Shown here piece by piece: positions 1 to 9,619 of a stretch of 35,953 nucleotides of DNA. The stretch is from Sanchytrium tribonematis (lineage: Eukaryota), in assembly GCA_018985235.1 (NCBI GenBank), contig JADGIG010000036.1:1-35953 (forward strand), given 5' to 3'. The notes beneath the pieces are model-generated. The model saw nothing but the letters and a program-made list of their open reading frames with translations. It did no database searches and was not told the DNA's origin. The translations under genes were made by a program, and so were the position numbers. Position 1 is the stretch's first letter. Each line of letters begins with the position of its first letter.

Positions 1-648
1 AACTATGGTGAATTTCGGGCTTCTTCGGTATTTAGTCGTGACTCTAATTATAATTCTCGGAAAAATATTGATAAACCGCAATCCAAATATAATAAGAGAG
101 CTGAATTTAAGGATATTAGCAGCGATACGACTTCAGAAAGCAATTTTGAATCATTAACCGACCTTTCCATTGAAAGGAGGCCACCAAGCTTAACCAGCGA
201 AACCGAATACGATCACCCTTATATCAAAACGAAAGTTAAAAAGAAGGAAAAGCATCATACCACACTAACAATCCCAAAGCCTTTGCGGACACCTCCCCCT
301 AAGCAGGATAGTATTTACCACGACTCACCAGCTGCCCCTCCTCTTAAGCCAAGAAAGGTAGGTGCAGCTTCCGTTGATGAAAGCGATTTTGGCCAAAATT
401 ATACAGATAGTGATGAACTTTCTGACATTTCTAGTTCAATGTCATTTTTAAACGATGAAGAATCTGGCATTTACAGTTCAAGCTCCAAAGCTGAATCTAA
501 GGGTAAGAGACCGAATATGATATCAATAGTTCTTTCTGATAGACCCGATTCTATTTTTAGTGACGATATGCCAGATATGAGAAGAAATCCACACCCTCTT
601 TCGAAACAAGTTTTTAAAAAAAACGAAGTTAGTCCTTCCTTGCATTAA
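1..648 (+). CDS. 5'-partial CDS; Ser/Asp/Pro-rich low-complexity C-terminal region of an unidentified protein
   Basis: Frame +1 is open from base 1 (AAC TAT GGT...) to TAA at 646-648. The ORF-track start at 283 is only an internal TTG. No recognisable domain. Confidence 0.75.
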   Translation, partial: NYGEFRASSVFSRDSNYNSRKNIDKPQSKYNKRAEFKDISSDTTSESNFESLTDLSIERRPPSLTSETEYDHPYIKTKVKKKEKHHTTLTIPKPLRTPPPKQDSIYHDSPAAPPLKPRKVGAASVDESDFGQNYTDSDELSDISSSMSFLNDEESGIYSSSSKAESKGKRPNMISIVLSDRPDSIFSDDMPDMRRNPHPLSKQVFKKNEVSPSLH

Positions 649-797
649 TAAATTGAAGTATGTAATTAACATTTAATTCAGTAATAATTCTTCTTTAAAC
701 TTGAAGATTCAAATTTACATTGACTTTATTAATTTGTTCGGCAACGCCAATCTTAAAGACTATAAACTAATATACTATCTGAAACATAATCTAACTT

Positions 798-2456
798 ATG
801 CTTTATTATATTGCTGTAGATTCTCCCAAGCGCAATACTAGAAATGAAGAGATATCCAAGAAGCCGGTCGAATGGAGGATATTGGAAAATTCAGAGGAAC
901 TTGAGCAGACTTTTCAGGACTATGCGAAGGACAGGTCAAGTAATACCAAAGTCATAATAGAAGATCAGCTGTTTTACGCGGATATTGCAAATTTCGAAAT
1001 AAGATCTATTTATTGGGAAGGACCAGTATTTGAAATGAGACGAGGACTGTGGTTTAGCGAAAATGGAAGCAAATATTTACCTTGCGAAGAAAAACTTTCT
1101 GCCCAACTTGAACAAGGATTTAAGAAATTTTTTGATCAACTGGCTGATATCAATAGCAGTGAAGAGTATAAAAAATATCCTCTTTTTGGTCCTTACTTAG
1201 GTCAATATGTGCTTTATGCTTCAAGATCGTTAGCATATATAGTGATGGATGGTATAACTTCAAAAGTAGCGCAGGCATTAGTGGGAAAATTTTCTAAACA
1301 AGAAGTTTGGGGGACCCGATATTTAAGGGATATAGAAAATATTCCCAAAGAAAAAAAACCTGCGTCAAGTCGTAAAATGTCCGCCAAAGGAGCTCCAAAA
1401 ATTAATGTGAGAAAAGGAAAAACCCCTGATCATTTAATTTTTGTTGTACATGGAATTGGGCAAAAACTGTTCACTAGAGACGGAATTTACACTTTTGCTT
1501 CAGATGTTTCTGATTTAAGAGAGAAGATGGATATCACTATGACAGATTTAAATGTAGTAGACCGTTACATGATGTTGCCCATTCAATGGCGAGAAATAGT
1601 GGAGTTCGGCGTAAACCCTGAGCCTATTTTAAATACGAAAGAAAAGATGTCAGATATAGGTCTGAGTAGTTCCATCGACTGCGAAGGTGTATTACAAATG
1701 AAATCCAACGAGACTTGTTTGCCAAGCATTGATGAAATTATTATTCCTACGAATCCTTACCGAAATATTATCAAGGATGTTTGCTTAGATATATTACTTT
1801 ATATGACAGATAAGCACCGGATCTCTATGCTCCAAACTGTTGCAGAGGAGCTGAATAGAGTTCATAACCTTTTTTTGAAAAATTTTCCTGATTTTAAAGG
1901 CAGTATATCTATGATAGGACATTCTTTAGGGACTCTGATTTTATTTGATCTGCTAAGTATGGAAAAAGAGGAATTTTTGAAGTTCGAAATACCGCCATTA
2001 GTATTTTGTCCGTTGACCTTATTTTTTCTGGGGAGTCCTGTATCAATGATTCGTCTTTTAAACGGCGAAATCATCAGGCCTATTCATACTGAAGATAAGA
2101 AAGAGGGCGTAAAAAGGCTTCGGATCAAATATTTATACAATATTTATCATATGTTTGATCCTATAGCTCACAGAATGGAGCCTATTATCAGCCGAAAATT
2201 TCCAAAAGAACCTGTTCAGGTCTTTAAACAGATCATAATACAAGAGGAGGATGCATTCTTAGCCGAGTTTAATCCATTGAGGAAGAGAGTAGACTTTGTT
2301 CTACAAAGTGGTTATCTCGAGTCAGCGTATCAGTATTTGAGCGCAATATCTCAGCATAGTAATTATTGGACAAATTCTGAAATTACTTCATTTCTAGCCA
2401 GAGAACTAGTGGAAATCCATAAGTTTGAGAATGAATTGCCGATAAATAAAGTTTAA
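798..2456 (+). CDS. DDHD-domain intracellular phospholipase A1 (Ddl1/DDHD1/SEC23IP family)
   Basis: 552-aa ORF with LIFVVHGIGQ, lipase motif GHSLG, and DDHD-domain motifs FFLGSP, NIYHMFDPIAHRMEP, RVDFVLQ and SQHSNYW; N-terminal SIYWEGPVFEMRRGLWF segment. Confidence 0.92.
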   Translation: MLYYIAVDSPKRNTRNEEISKKPVEWRILENSEELEQTFQDYAKDRSSNTKVIIEDQLFYADIANFEIRSIYWEGPVFEMRRGLWFSENGSKYLPCEEKLSAQLEQGFKKFFDQLADINSSEEYKKYPLFGPYLGQYVLYASRSLAYIVMDGITSKVAQALVGKFSKQEVWGTRYLRDIENIPKEKKPASSRKMSAKGAPKINVRKGKTPDHLIFVVHGIGQKLFTRDGIYTFASDVSDLREKMDITMTDLNVVDRYMMLPIQWREIVEFGVNPEPILNTKEKMSDIGLSSSIDCEGVLQMKSNETCLPSIDEIIIPTNPYRNIIKDVCLDILLYMTDKHRISMLQTVAEELNRVHNLFLKNFPDFKGSISMIGHSLGTLILFDLLSMEKEEFLKFEIPPLVFCPLTLFFLGSPVSMIRLLNGEIIRPIHTEDKKEGVKRLRIKYLYNIYHMFDPIAHRMEPIISRKFPKEPVQVFKQIIIQEEDAFLAEFNPLRKRVDFVLQSGYLESAYQYLSAISQHSNYWTNSEITSFLARELVEIHKFENELPINKV

Positions 2457-2481
2457 TATAGAAGAGCTTTATTCCGAAATA

Positions 2482-2817
2482 TCAAATTTGACTTGGGTAA
2501 AGAAGAACACGAACTTCCTTACCAAACCACTCAGGGTTAACATTTTTAGCAAACTTAGCTCTGACTACGCCACCATTACCATGAAGACCTGTGATTTTGC
2601 CCCATACGGTTCTTTTTTTACTAATTTTACCATCGCGTCCTCGTGCGGCAGTTTTGGCATGATATACAATAACAGCTCTTTTACCCAAGTAAAATTCAGA
2701 GTCTTCGCGTGTATTTGCGTTCTCAATTCTTAATAGTGCTGTGTGTTCATGTAAATTATGCTTGCCTCTTCTAAATGAAATCAGTTTCGAGTGTGCATAC
2801 AATCTACCACCTGCCAT
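2482..2817 (-). CDS. RPL33: 60S ribosomal protein eL33 (L35Ae), intronless
   Basis: 111 aa; RLY...ALLRIE...FYLGKR...VWGKITGLHGNGGVVRAKF...VRVLLYPSQI matches the eL33 family from end to end. Confidence 0.96.
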   Translation of the reverse strand: MAGGRLYAHSKLISFRRGKHNLHEHTALLRIENANTREDSEFYLGKRAVIVYHAKTAARGRDGKISKKRTVWGKITGLHGNGGVVRAKFAKNVNPEWFGKEVRVLLYPSQI

Positions 2818-2903
2818 TATGAATTACAAATATTTGAGTTTGTGAATTTTACGCTCACGTGTTTTATTTGAAACAAAATGCCGATTTCATCCCCACAAAT
2901 TCT

Positions 2904-3437
2904 TTATTGAATTAATAAGAAAAGCAGATATGCGCTCCAAACTAAAGAGAAAGAGGAACTTCTTACACTGCCATCACCACCACTTCCTCCTGGGGTGAAA
3001 AAAGTTATAGGCTTAGAAGAAGAATCTTGAAAAGCTCCTATACAATTTCCAACATTTGACGTTGCTGTGTTGTTATCATGAAGAATTAGATAGTATCCAC
3101 CTGAATTTTGTAAAGTCACAGCTTCACCTGTAACAGCATCTTTGAAGTCAGGACTAGGTTTCCATTTGTATGATGTTGCACTTCCAACCACGGCTATTGT
3201 CTTCTGATTTTTTGGATTACGGTCATTCATCTGAAGCTTGATTGCAACATTTCCAGTGTTCTGGTCACTTGCAAATTCCCATTTTAACTCATATTCGTCA
3301 CCAAATCCAATTAATTCTGATTTATCAGAGCTGGTAGGATCAGGTGCAATCCAAGTTACTAATTGATCACCAGCATCCCTGTTGCACACAAATTGAGTGC
3401 TGTTATCAGCTGCCAATATTGTGAAACTAAAAATCAT
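2904..3437 (-). CDS. Small secreted, probably GPI-anchored cell-surface protein (possible Kre9/Knh1-N-like Ig fold)
   Basis: Short hydrophobic N-terminus; beta-rich core (YELKWEF, VAIKLQM, SYKWKP, GGYYLILHD); Gly/Ser linker followed by a hydrophobic C-terminal tail (FSLVWSAYLLFLLIQ) typical of GPI signals. Confidence 0.65.
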   Translation of the reverse strand: MIFSFTILAADNSTQFVCNRDAGDQLVTWIAPDPTSSDKSELIGFGDEYELKWEFASDQNTGNVAIKLQMNDRNPKNQKTIAVVGSATSYKWKPSPDFKDAVTGEAVTLQNSGGYYLILHDNNTATSNVGNCIGAFQDSSSKPITFFTPGGSGGDGSVRSSSFSLVWSAYLLFLLIQ

Positions 3438-3608
3438 TTGTTAAAGTTATGTGTTTTCGATTAATATCACAAGAAATTAATTAATCACCAATCAAGTCAT
3501 TTTCGTATCAGTCGGATTTGGTATTGATTTGATTGCAATAAATTGGGATTGGGTTTATTACATAGCGAATTGATTTCAAATAAATAAGGAGTAGTTTGAG
3601 TTTCATTT

Positions 3609-4230
3609 ATGTCTAGCGAATACGATTTACTTTTCAAATTGCTTCTTATTGGAGACTCTGGTGTCGGTAAGTCTTGCTTGTTACTCAGATTTGCTGATGA
3701 CACTTACACCGACTCTTATATTAGCACCATTGGCGTGGATTTTAAAATTCGAACTATTTCACTTGAAGGTAAAACAATTAAACTGCAAATATGGGACACA
3801 GCAGGGCAGGAGCGCTTCAGAACAATAACTTCCTCGTACTACAGGGGTGCACATGGTATCATGATCGTTTACGATGTAACTGATATGGATTCTTTCAATA
3901 ACATTAAAGTTTGGCTTCAAGAAATTGACAAGTATGCAAATGAACAAGTCATCAAAGTTTTAATCGGAAACAAAAGTGACTTGAGCAATAAGGTGGTGAC
4001 TTCTGACATGGCACAGCAATTGGCAAAAGATTATAACATGGAATGGATGGAAACGAGCGCAAAAGACAGCAACAATGTTGAAGACTCTTTTTTGCTTATG
4101 GCTAAACAAATCAAAGATAAGATGGCCAATCAGCAACAAACTGTAAATATTGTTAACTTAGGACGATAAGAAGAAAACTATTGACATGAATGCTACCCAA
4201 GTTCAACCAAACGGAGGTGGATGCTGCTAA
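3609..4230 (+). CDS. YPT1: Rab1/Ypt1 GTPase, join(3609..4142,4162..4230), 200 aa
   Basis: [48 protein letters not shown] and ETSAK motifs. Removing the 19-nt intron restores the tail [22 protein letters not shown] with the CC prenylation motif. Confidence 0.96.
4143..4161 (+). other. 19-nt spliceosomal intron GTAAATATTGTTAACTTAG (phase 0)
   Basis: GT...AG ends and a TTAAC branch-like motif. Removal is needed to reach the Rab1 GGGCC* terminus. Confidence 0.92.
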
Positions 4231-4250
4231 TAAACTAGTTTACTCGGTAC

Positions 4251-4697
4251 TTATTGAAACATTCTTCCGACAGCTGCTCTCGCATACGGGATATAACTCA
4301 AAGAGTACCAGACCAACGCTAAATACTGAAGTATTATGCAAACAAATACTAGAGCCTTATTCTGTAATACTATTGCCACAACTAGTGTCAAAACCATCAT
4401 TACAATGTAAAGTATAGTCGCTAAGATTCTGCTAGAGGCGAACATACTGCCAAGTTGCCTCTTAAATCCAATGATAAATCCTGTGGAAAATAAACTTATA
4501 ACATTGCCAACGGTATATAGAATTGCAAACAAGCCGACTAGTCCAATTGATAAAAACAAAGTACTTAAAAATGAGATCACGAAACCAGTGATAATGCAAC
4601 CTATAAACGCATACATTCTCTGAGTGTAAGTAAGGCTAAACATTGAGCCTAAATTATCCCTGTCATTAGAACCAACTAGATTTGATAAACTATCCAT
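4251..4697 (-). CDS. SFT2: Got1/Sft2-family vesicle transport protein (SFT2D-like)
   Basis: 148 aa with four TM segments; motifs LTYTQRMYAF, FAILYTVGNVISLFSTGFIIG, MFASSR and QYLALVWYSLSYIPYAR. Confidence 0.92.
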   Translation of the reverse strand: MDSLSNLVGSNDRDNLGSMFSLTYTQRMYAFIGCIITGFVISFLSTLFLSIGLVGLFAILYTVGNVISLFSTGFIIGFKRQLGSMFASSRILATILYIVMMVLTLVVAIVLQNKALVFVCIILQYLALVWYSLSYIPYARAAVGRMFQ

Positions 4698-4736
4698 ATT
4701 CCTTCCTAAATTCGTGTTTCAAATATGTAAAAAAAT

Positions 4737-5210
4737 TTATTCAATGACCTCAAAAATCGGTTCAGTAGATGGTTTTCGACTACTTGGATTCATTTTTCTG
4801 TCTTTCGGCAAATCCAATTTTGGCTTTTCTGGAGCAATAGGAATTGGTAACAGTACCTTAGGGGATTTTAAAATCATTTCCACTTGTTCTCTCAAATCCT
4901 TGGTTTCTTCCTCTGTGAAATAGGCTCCAGGGTTAAAAGAGTTAGACCGGCTGTTACTCAACTCACCTCTTTCCCTTTGCATCTTCCTGTGAGACTCTTC
5001 CGTATTTGGTTCATTGGATTTACCGATTGACCTTTCCCTCGGAACTAATTTCCAAAAATGATTCATTAAAATCCCAATATTTCCGACCACCAAAAAACCA
5101 GTCAGGATTCCAAAATAAATCCATTTTTTACTTTCCACAGAGTCTGTAGTAAAAATGGTGGCTAACGCAATAGCATATAGGAACAAGGATAAAAATATTT
5201 TTAGCCACAT
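4737..5210 (-). CDS. Hypothetical protein with two N-terminal TM segments and a charged, Pro-rich tail
   Basis: ORF fills the gap between SFT2 and GDB1. First ATG at 5210 (MWLKIFLSL...); the track start at 5267 is a TTG. Confidence 0.65.
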   Translation of the reverse strand: MWLKIFLSLFLYAIALATIFTTDSVESKKWIYFGILTGFLVVGNIGILMNHFWKLVPRERSIGKSNEPNTEESHRKMQRERGELSNSRSNSFNPGAYFTEEETKDLREQVEMILKSPKVLLPIPIAPEKPKLDLPKDRKMNPSSRKPSTEPIFEVIE

Positions 5211-5353
5211 TCTGAAAGTGAATGCTAATTTAAGAAAAACATATATATATGATGTGGACAATGACAATTAAACATTACCGACTTTATGCTATGGACATAA
5301 ACTGCTTCTCAAAAATAATTCATTAAATTACTTTTTTCTAGGGTCAAACAAGA

Positions 5354-8300
5354 ATGATGATTTTAGATTTGCAAAACGGCCCAGATTTTGTTCGCCTACT
5401 TACCGACAAATTGACTCTTTTTTCATTTGTAACCGGGAAGCTTTTATTTGATAATGAAAATTATAATATTAGTGTGGATCAGCCGTTAAAGCTTGGGATC
5501 CCGGTTGGTTATCACCGAATTATCTTCTCGAGAAAAAACACTACTAAAGAGATCACCATATTGAGATTATCTTTCCATCCCAGCAAATTGAGAATTCAGA
5601 CAATTATGCCAAAATGGTGTTCAGATTTATCCCAGATTGTCAAAGTTGCCAGAGATTCTCATTTCAATGCAATTCATTTTACTCCACCACAGTTGAGAGG
5701 TGGATCCAACTCTCCTTATAGTATAAAGGACCATCTTGATTGGCATGAGTATAAGGAGCGAGATTTTGTAGGTCTAACTAAAGACTTGCGATATTTCGTT
5801 GATGTGGTATGGAATCACTGTTCCAACGATGCACTTTGGATACGTAAGCATCCCGAGTGTGGCTACAACCTTAAAAATACTCCACATCTCATTCTTGCTT
5901 TCATTGTAGATGAGTGCATTTTACAACTAAGTGAAGAGATTGACGGCCCTTGTGATAATGTGGAGCACATTGTCTACTTACTTAGAGTCAAATTAGAAAA
6001 CAGTGATTTGTTTAAATATCTCGTTGTACACGATACCTCATCTGAAGTTGATAATAAAGCCGTACCCGAAATGAACCGTGAAGATCTCAAGCGTTTTGTG
6101 TTAGACCGCGGGCTAATTCGAAATTACAAGAAAAATGGCACTAAGCTCACCAAGTCGGTTGTTGATTATTTGTCGAAAATGTCTTGGGATCTTGAACATT
6201 TTATTAAAGATGTGAATGACGCTATACTTTTAAACATGAAAGGCGATATTGACGAAATTTGTCAAAATATAACCAATACGCTAAAATATGAGCGACTTGA
6301 TGAAAACGGTCCATTGAAGGGTAACATATCGATAAAATCACCTATTTCTGATACCTATTTTTCTAGATTTGGAAATTCAGAAGAGACAATTATGATAAAT
6401 AATGGTTGGGTCTGGGGAGCAAACCCTCAAGAAAATTTTGTGAAAGACGGATACTACAAAAGAAAAGTGGTAATATGGGGTGATTGTGTCAAATTAAATT
6501 ATGGTGATAAATATGAAGATTGTCCTTACTTATACGATTACATGAGAACTTATACAAACTCCATGGCAAAAATCTTTGATGGATTTCGGATTGACAATTG
6601 CCATTCGACCCCACTGCATGTTGCTAAATATCTATTAACGGAGGCTCGAAAAATTAATCCCGGTCTTTATATTTTTGCTGAATTGTTTACAGGAAATGAA
6701 GATATGGATAAACACTACGTCAGGGAACTAGGGCTTCATTCTTTGATTAGAGAAGCAATGCAATGTTGGGACGCAAATGAATTAGGGAGACTTGTGTGGA
6801 AATATAGTGGGGATCCTCTAGGCAGTTTACATCCTGCTGGCATAACCCACCAGCAATATGACCTGACTCAAAATTTACCAAATGATTGCACAATCTTCAG
6901 CGATCCTCACGCTATATTTTTTGATATGACTCATGACAATGAAACTGTTTCTCAAAAAAAACAAGTGGCAGCATCAGTTGAACAGGCTGCTTTAGTAGCA
7001 TTCAGTTGTGCTGCAATAGGTAGCTCAAGAACTTATGATGAGATTTTGCTGAAGCATGCTAATATCGTTAATGAAAAGCGAATCTATCTTCCAAAACCAT
7101 TTGAAGATCTACAGAGCATTGGGATGTTTAAATTGAGAAGAATATTAAATCAACTTCACGAAACATTAGTAGACTACCCAGAAATATATGTTCATCAAGA
7201 GCACGACATCATACAAGTCAGTAGACTAAACCCTAAAACCCTTAAAGGTTTTCTTCTTGTATGTCGTACAGCATACAAAAATACCCCCTCTTTATCACCA
7301 TGTCTAGATATTCCTATTGAAAAAGGCAGAGTGCTGCCTCGGTATTACTCATATTTATCAGAACTAAATCCTAATTATGACAAGAAATACTTATACGACA
7401 TCGACACCAATTTGACTTTGCAATCTTGGGAGTCAGATATAGAGTCTTCTCTTGAAGAATACCTGAAAAATATTCAGTTGGAGTATCCAGCTTTTCACAT
7501 TTCACACGAGCCGTATCAATTTTCTAAAATACATTTGCATAATAACTTTGCCCCTGGTAGTATTATCATTTTTGAGACTGTCGCCAACGAATGTTTATCC
7601 CCTACTGTTAGACAGCTGGGATTTTTGAATTACCCGATTTCAGAATTGATCATCTCAATATCAGAGCAAAGAGATGTTTTACATGGTATCAGTTTATCGG
7701 AATGCTTAAAAGATATTTCTACACAAGATTTAAATATATTGTTGTATAGAACACACGAGGAAGAACGGGAATACAATGTGGAACCCTACTTGATACCTAA
7801 TTATGGATATTTCAAATATTGTGGACTTCAAGGGATTGTAAGTGCCTTGGAAGAAATTGTTAAATATAATAATTTAGGGCATCCAATTTATCAAAATCTT
7901 ATGCAGGGCAGCTGGTTGATGGACTATGTCATCTATAGAATCCAACAATACCCACATCAGTTACATAGTCTGATTGAATGGTTACGAACTAGATTTTCAT
8001 GTATAAATTTATTACCAAGATACGTAATTCCTCGGTATTTTACCGCCATTATCTTCAGCGTGTATGAAAAAGCAATTGAGTTGTTTGTAGCAAAGTGTCC
8101 CAAATGGGTTGCCAATAGCAATATAATCATTCAAAAATTGACTTTGACAAGTATACAGATGATAGGTCCAACGAAAAGTACTGGTTTGACAAAAACATTA
8201 AATGGAATGGCAGCTGGTCTACCACATTTTGCAGTTCAATATATGAGGTGTTGGGGAAGAGATGTATTCATTAGTTTAAACGGTCTATATACGATTTTGG

Positions 8301-9593
8301 GACAGCAGCAGATTGCAAAGGAGCATATTATTGCATTTGGCAGTACTTTGAAACATGGCTTAATTCCCAACCTTTTAGATAAACAGATAATGCCAAGGTA
8401 CAATTGTAGAGATGCGGTCTGGTTTTGGCTTTACAGTATTCAAAAATATTGTGAAACTTACGATGAATCCATTTTGAAAGAAGAGATTTTGCGAAGATTT
8501 GAAACTGATGAATTTATTCCCATAGAAAATGGGTTTAAACTAAAATATTCACTTATAGACTTAATTATAGAGGCTCTTACGAAACATTTAAACGGCATCG
8601 AGTTTAAGGAATATAACGCAGGCAAAGAGCTTGATCAATGTATGCAAAATTCTGGTTTTCACATCAAAATTGCTACAGACTTAAATGGGCAATTAAGGTC
8701 ATACATTGCTTATCAAAAAAATTATGAAGGAAATCCGACTTCAAATGCTCAAGAAACGGGTTTCATTTATGGAGGTAATAAATGGAATTGCGGAACCTGG
8801 ATGGATAAAATGGGGAGCTTTGATAAAAACTATGGAAAGCCTGCTACTCCTAGAGATGGCGCAGCTATTGAAATTCAAGCATTATTATACAGATCATTGG
8901 TCTGGCTTGGTTCTTTATTTAAAAAGGGCGTCATTAAGCAAAGTGGTGTTTACTTTGGCGAAAAACTTGTCGAATTTGAAAATTGGTCTCAAATCATCAT
9001 GTCTAATTTTGAGAGTATGTTTTATGTACCGTTGGATACAGCCAATCCTCTTGTAAAGCAAAGAGGCTATTACAAAGACACCGTCGGAAGTAGCTCGCCC
9101 CAGAGTGATTATGATGTGAGGCCTAATGTATTTATTGCGATGGTAGTTGCACCAGAGTTATTCAATATGAAGCACTACGCCATTGCCTTGGAGACTGGTA
9201 AATGTTTAATAGGTCCTTTAGGAATGAAAACATTATCAAATCAAGATCCAAAATACAGAGGTTTTTATGACAATAATAATACTTCTGACGTTTCAACTGG
9301 AAAAGGCTGGAATTATCACCAAGGTAATGCCAACTAATGTAGGACCGGAATGGGTTTGGGTGAAAGGTTATTACGAAATGGCTAAATTTCAATTACAAGC
9401 TATGCTTCGTCAGGATATTGAAATAGACTTACAAATTTATAACAATGAACTTGCTAAAAACGAATATAGAGGATTACCCGAATTAACAAACGAAGACGGA
9501 AGCTACTGCTATGATAGCTGCTCCACCCAGGCTTGGAGCGGTGCTACATTATTAGAATTTTTTCACAAGAAATATAAACTTGAAAACAAATAA
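5354..9593 (+). CDS. GDB1: Glycogen debranching enzyme, join(5354..9323,9343..9593), 1406 aa
   Basis: IHFTPPQLRGGSNSPYSI, DVVWNH, GFRIDNCHSTPLHVA, AELFTG, DMTHDNE, AAGLPHF, RCWGRD and GTWMDKMG motifs. After splicing it reads NYHQGPEWVW...GLPELTN...QAWS. Confidence 0.96.
9324..9342 (+). other. 19-nt spliceosomal intron GTAATGCCAACTAATGTAG (phase 1)
   Basis: Removal exactly restores the conserved debranching-enzyme motif NYHQG-PEW (CAA G|GA CCG GAA TGG). CTAAT branch motif. Confidence 0.95.
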
Positions 9594-9619
9594 ATTTGTT
9601 TCGAAATTGAAAGCTTGAA

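Noticed and set aside
658..681. GT...AG stretch (20 or 24 nt) just after the first gene's stop
   Set aside because: Not 19 nt, ends in CAG, lies outside any CDS, and no frame evidence requires it.
4190..4417. Track ORF 4190-4417 and other antisense or overlapping ORFs in the gene block (1862-2074, 2488-2733, 3497-3703, 3759-3947, 4714-4923, 8706-9056, 9162-9392, 9563-9787, 11143-11352)
   Set aside because: Shadow frames of well-supported genes, with no protein features of their own.
798..4697. Functional cluster of ER-Golgi trafficking genes (DDHD/SEC23IP-like, Rab1, Sft2)
   Set aside because: They are interspersed with unrelated genes and in mixed orientation; chance adjacency cannot be excluded without synteny data.
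9335..9337. Stop-codon reassignment (TAA/TAG read as Gln, as in some aphelids and ciliates) as the cause of the broken ORFs
   Set aside because: Readthrough does not restore the frame in Rab1, GDB1 or the Tmc-like gene because the continuations are in other frames. TAA is also the true stop after Rab1 GGGCC.
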